NCBI GenBank assembly: GCA_963691875.1
Contig: OY829846.1
Location: 32,001-96,000, forward strand
Reading direction: 5' to 3'
Length of the DNA stretch: 64,000 nucleotides
Source of the DNA: Aureliella sp.
GTDB lineage: Bacteria; Planctomycetota; Planctomycetia; Pirellulales; Pirellulaceae
Shown here in pieces: positions 61,140-64,000 of this stretch. How positions within the stretch are numbered: position 1 is the first letter of the stretch; the number at the start of each line of letters is the position of its first letter. The translations under genes and the position numbers were made by a program. The notes under the pieces are model-generated. The model did not search any database, was not told the DNA's origin, and saw only the letters and a program-made list of their open reading frames with translations.

Positions 61140-61947
61140 CTATCCTCGATGCTTATCGAGCTGGATATGACTTTGCAACAACCAGAGATCGACCAAGTCG
61201 TTCTTACGCCAGCGGAGTCTTTCGAATTCAATCAGACCATGAAGTTTCCATGCTTACATGACTTCTGAGGCCGGCGAAGAGACCTTCGTTTGCTTTTTTT
61301 GCACGTCAACATCACACAGATGAACTCCGATGGGTAAAGGATCGTTGGAAGCGACATCGATTTGCGACTGATTTTGTTCGGAGTCGTTTCCACCAGGTGT
61401 GCCCTCGACATGAACGTGATGTCACAGTCCCGGAAACTCAGGCTCCTCGAAGATTACTTCAGCGTGTGGCTCTTTGCAGACTAGATTCGCGGCAGACAGC
61501 AAGGTAGTGATTTCAAGAGTCGTGCGTTCTCGATCTGGAAGATAAGTAGCCAGGTAGTCGAGAGTTGAGAATCGCCGCCGTTTCCGGCCGAGCTAAAGGG
61601 AGAGCTAATTGCTGCCGTGAAGCACCAGTCCAGTATCGGAAGGTTCGTCACTCCCGAGAATTGCATGAATCGCACTTTCGATGCTTGCGTCCATTTTACG
61701 TGCTGTAACCAGAAGCACGGTTTCGCGTTTCACTTGTTCGATATCAAAGCCACTGCTTGCGAATGTAGTTTGTAAAGTGCAAACACGCTCGTTTGCCGCC
61801 TCTTGCGTGCCCTCGTAGATTCGCACATAGCCCTTCCATAGGGTTGGGAGCAATCGAAATGTCTACTAGATCGCTCATCTGAATTCGCCAAGAAAAGTCC
61901 CGTTTGCTTGCATCGCCAAGGTGCCTACTGGACTGGCAATGTACCAT
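61140..61947 (-). pseudogene. Decayed AbiEii-family nucleotidyltransferase gene with an upstream fused or adjacent remnant
   Basis: One frame with 4 internal stops: GLVLHGS..RRFSTLDYLA..EVIFEEPEFPGL*..QIDV..NDP..EVM*AWKLHGL..WRKNDLVDLWLL. Confidence 0.7.
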
Positions 61948-62047
61948 GCTTGTTGAGGGAAAATCTCTACATGTTGGCGTACGCGACCAAATGTTCCCTA
62001 ACGTTAGGATGCTGTCGAGATGACACAGTGAAATGGGAGCTGGTTAG

Positions 62048-63505
62048 ATGGCGAACAGATTCGCAGGCATTGGATTGATTTTTTGTTTTCTGTTTTTTGT
62101 AACTACAAGTGCGTTTGCGGTAGAGCCAGAAACCGATCACAAGCCGAACTTCATCGTGGTCTTTTGCGATAACCTGGGGTACGGCGACATTGAACCTTTC
62201 GGCTCCACGTTGCATCGGACTCCGAATTTGAATCGGATGGCGCGAGAAGGTCGGAAGTTCACCCATTTCTGCGTGACGGCCGGCGTTTGTACCCCGTCGC
62301 GAGCGAGTTTGCTGACGGGTTGCTACGCGCAGCGTGTTGGAATGCACTTGAATGATCGAGACGGATGGGTGCTTCGACCGGTTTCGCCATATGGCTTGAA
62401 TTCTGACGAAGTCACGATTGCAGAAGTGCTAAAAGCCGAGGGGTATCAGACTGCGATAGTGGGTAAGTGGCATTTGGGCGATCAGCCTAAATTTCTGCCG
62501 ACCGAACAGGGCTTTGATTGGTTCTTTGGCGTGCCTTATTCCGATGACATGACCGAGCGTGTTTGGGCAACGGACGGTTCGAAGTGGCCGCCGCTACCGC
62601 TTATGGAGAATCTCAAGATCATTGAAGCTCCTTGTGATCGCAATGGGCTAACGAGGCGATACACCGAGCGAGCGATGGAGTGGATTTCCAAGTACCGAGA
62701 TGAGCCGTTCTTTCTCTACTTTCCTCAGGCCATGCCTGGCAGCACCAAGACGCCTTTTTCGAGTCCCCAGTTCAAAGGCAAGAGCCGCAACGGTCCTTGG
62801 GGCGACGCCATTGAAGAACTGGACTGGTCGATGGGCGTGCTTATGGACCACCTGCAAGATCTGGGAATCGCCGAAAACACTTTCGTGATTTGGACTTCCG
62901 ACAATGGAGCTCCGATCAATCCAGATATCAATGATTTAAGTCGCGGTTCCAATCAGCCGCTTCATGGCCGAGGCTACACTACCAGCGAAGGTGCATTTCG
63001 TGTGCCGACGATCATATGGCAACCAAGCAAGGTTCCTGCGGGAACGGTGTGCGAAGAGCTAGCGACTACGATGGATCTTTTGCCGACCTTTGCTAAGCTT
63101 GCCGGTGCGGAGCTGCCTGAAAGGAAAGTCGACGGCCACGATATTTCATCGTTGTTGTTTGATGGTGCTGATAAGAATTCGCCTTACGAGGCATTTTTCT
63201 ACTATCACCAGGATCAGTTGCAAGCGGTTCGATCGGGCCCTTGGAAGCTGTTCTTGCCGCTTTCCCCGGTTCCTGCAGGACATCCACATTTTGCGAAGGG
63301 AGAACCGGCCAAGGCTATGCTTTTTCATCTCGTTGATGACATTGGTTGCCAGAAAAACGTTGTTGCTGCTCATCCCGAGGTCGTTCAGCGTCTTTCGAAG
63401 TTTGCGGAGCAGGCACGCCTAGAACTTGGTGATCGCGGCAAGCAAGGTTTAGGCCAACGCGAGCCTGGCAAGATATCAGGTGCTCCTCGGCCTCTCAAAC
63501 AGTAG
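62048..63505 (+). CDS. Formylglycine-dependent sulfatase (arylsulfatase-like)
   Basis: Signal peptide, DNLGYGD, CTPSRASLLTG, GKWHLG, SDNG. Confidence 0.95.
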   Translation: MANRFAGIGLIFCFLFFVTTSAFAVEPETDHKPNFIVVFCDNLGYGDIEPFGSTLHRTPNLNRMAREGRKFTHFCVTAGVCTPSRASLLTGCYAQRVGMHLNDRDGWVLRPVSPYGLNSDEVTIAEVLKAEGYQTAIVGKWHLGDQPKFLPTEQGFDWFFGVPYSDDMTERVWATDGSKWPPLPLMENLKIIEAPCDRNGLTRRYTERAMEWISKYRDEPFFLYFPQAMPGSTKTPFSSPQFKGKSRNGPWGDAIEELDWSMGVLMDHLQDLGIAENTFVIWTSDNGAPINPDINDLSRGSNQPLHGRGYTTSEGAFRVPTIIWQPSKVPAGTVCEELATTMDLLPTFAKLAGAELPERKVDGHDISSLLFDGADKNSPYEAFFYYHQDQLQAVRSGPWKLFLPLSPVPAGHPHFAKGEPAKAMLFHLVDDIGCQKNVVAAHPEVVQRLSKFAEQARLELGDRGKQGLGQREPGKISGAPRPLKQ

Positions 63506-63524
63506 TGGGATTCGCTAGAATTCC
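63502..63524 (+). repeat. GTAG-type REP overlapping the sulfatase stop codon
   Basis: GTAGTGGGATTCGCTAGAATTCC; TAG 63503-63505 is the stop. Confidence 0.85.
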
Positions 63525-63541
63525 TTCGAGAAGCGTGCTAA

Positions 63542-64000
63542 TCAATTCATGCGCAGGGGTAGTTTGCGAAGAGTACGCATGCCGATGCGGCGGCTCCAGT
63601 CGATGTCGGTGTCAGGGATAGCAAGTTGTAGATTGGGGAAACGACGCAGTGAGCGTTCGAGCGCGATTGCGGCTTCTACTTTTGCGAGTTTCACTCCCAA
63701 ACAAATATGAACACCGGTTCCAAAGGTCATGTGGGGATTGGGGAAACGGGTGATGTCGAAGGTTTCAGGAGAATAGAACTTTTCGGGGTCGATGTTGGCA
63801 CTGCCAAATACTGCCGCGATTAGTTCGCCACGCCTGAGCTGAACATCGTGAAACTCGGTGTCGTGAATGACATAACGGGGCTTGGACATTTGGATGACAA
63901 AACCGAGACGCAGAATCTCATCAATGGCGGACGGCATCAAACTGGGATTTACCTCGACTAGCCTGCGTTGCTCGCGATTGAGCAGGAACATCACGAGCCC
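63542..64000 (-). CDS. Cytochrome P450 (C-terminal part, start outside the window)
   Basis: EILR (ExxR), PETFD, FGTGVHICLG heme-thiolate motif. Confidence 0.92.
   Translation of the reverse strand, partial: GLVMFLLNREQRRLVEVNPSLMPSAIDEILRLGFVIQMSKPRYVIHDTEFHDVQLRRGELIAAVFGSANIDPEKFYSPETFDITRFPNPHMTFGTGVHICLGVKLAKVEAAIALERSLRRFPNLQLAIPDTDIDWSRRIGMRTLRKLPLRMN

Noticed and set aside
14589..61947. Stop-codon reassignment or programmed readthrough as the explanation for the interrupted genes
   Set aside because: TAA, TAG and TGA all occur, frameshifts are also present, and intact genes use all three stops normally.
403..63422. Numerous short antisense and alternate-frame ORFs in the supplied track
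   Set aside because: They overlap well-supported genes and lack motifs, as expected for DNA of this GC content.
1..64000. CRISPR array, rRNA, tRNA or intact IS/RAYT transposase
   Set aside because: No regularly spaced repeats, cloverleaf or T-loop context, rRNA signature or transposase motifs were seen by eye.

Overview
Chromosomal window from a planctomycete, most likely Pirellulaceae/Rhodopirellula-like, judged from the PSD1/planctomycete cytochrome c + DUF1501 pair, the sulfatase, several sialate O-acetylesterases and a divergent LepA. About 30 intact or window-truncated CDS are present. Housekeeping genes include lepA, cdsA-phoH-7TM HD(PgpH-like)-ybeY-hemolysin/CorC, rhomboid-cmk-plsC, a sigma-70, pepF and aspartokinase. 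Glycan-processing genes include a BNR/sialidase-like protein, three SASA esterases, a sulfatase and a putative L-fucose dehydrogenase plus lactonase. Several large proteins of unknown role stand out: a TPR-C39 peptidase, a beta-propeller/di-heme/ankyrin protein, a His-rich coiled coil, and a BshC-like protein coupled to a GT2. Hand translation of the intergenic gaps shows about ten decayed genes, including SLATT, AbiEii, two DinB-type, DUF1349-like and DUF3592-like remnants. There are also several small palindromic repeat families; in one GTAG-headed family the repeat supplies the stop codon of three genes. No rRNA, tRNA, CRISPR array or intact transposase was seen. All family calls come from motif recognition by eye, not from database searches.
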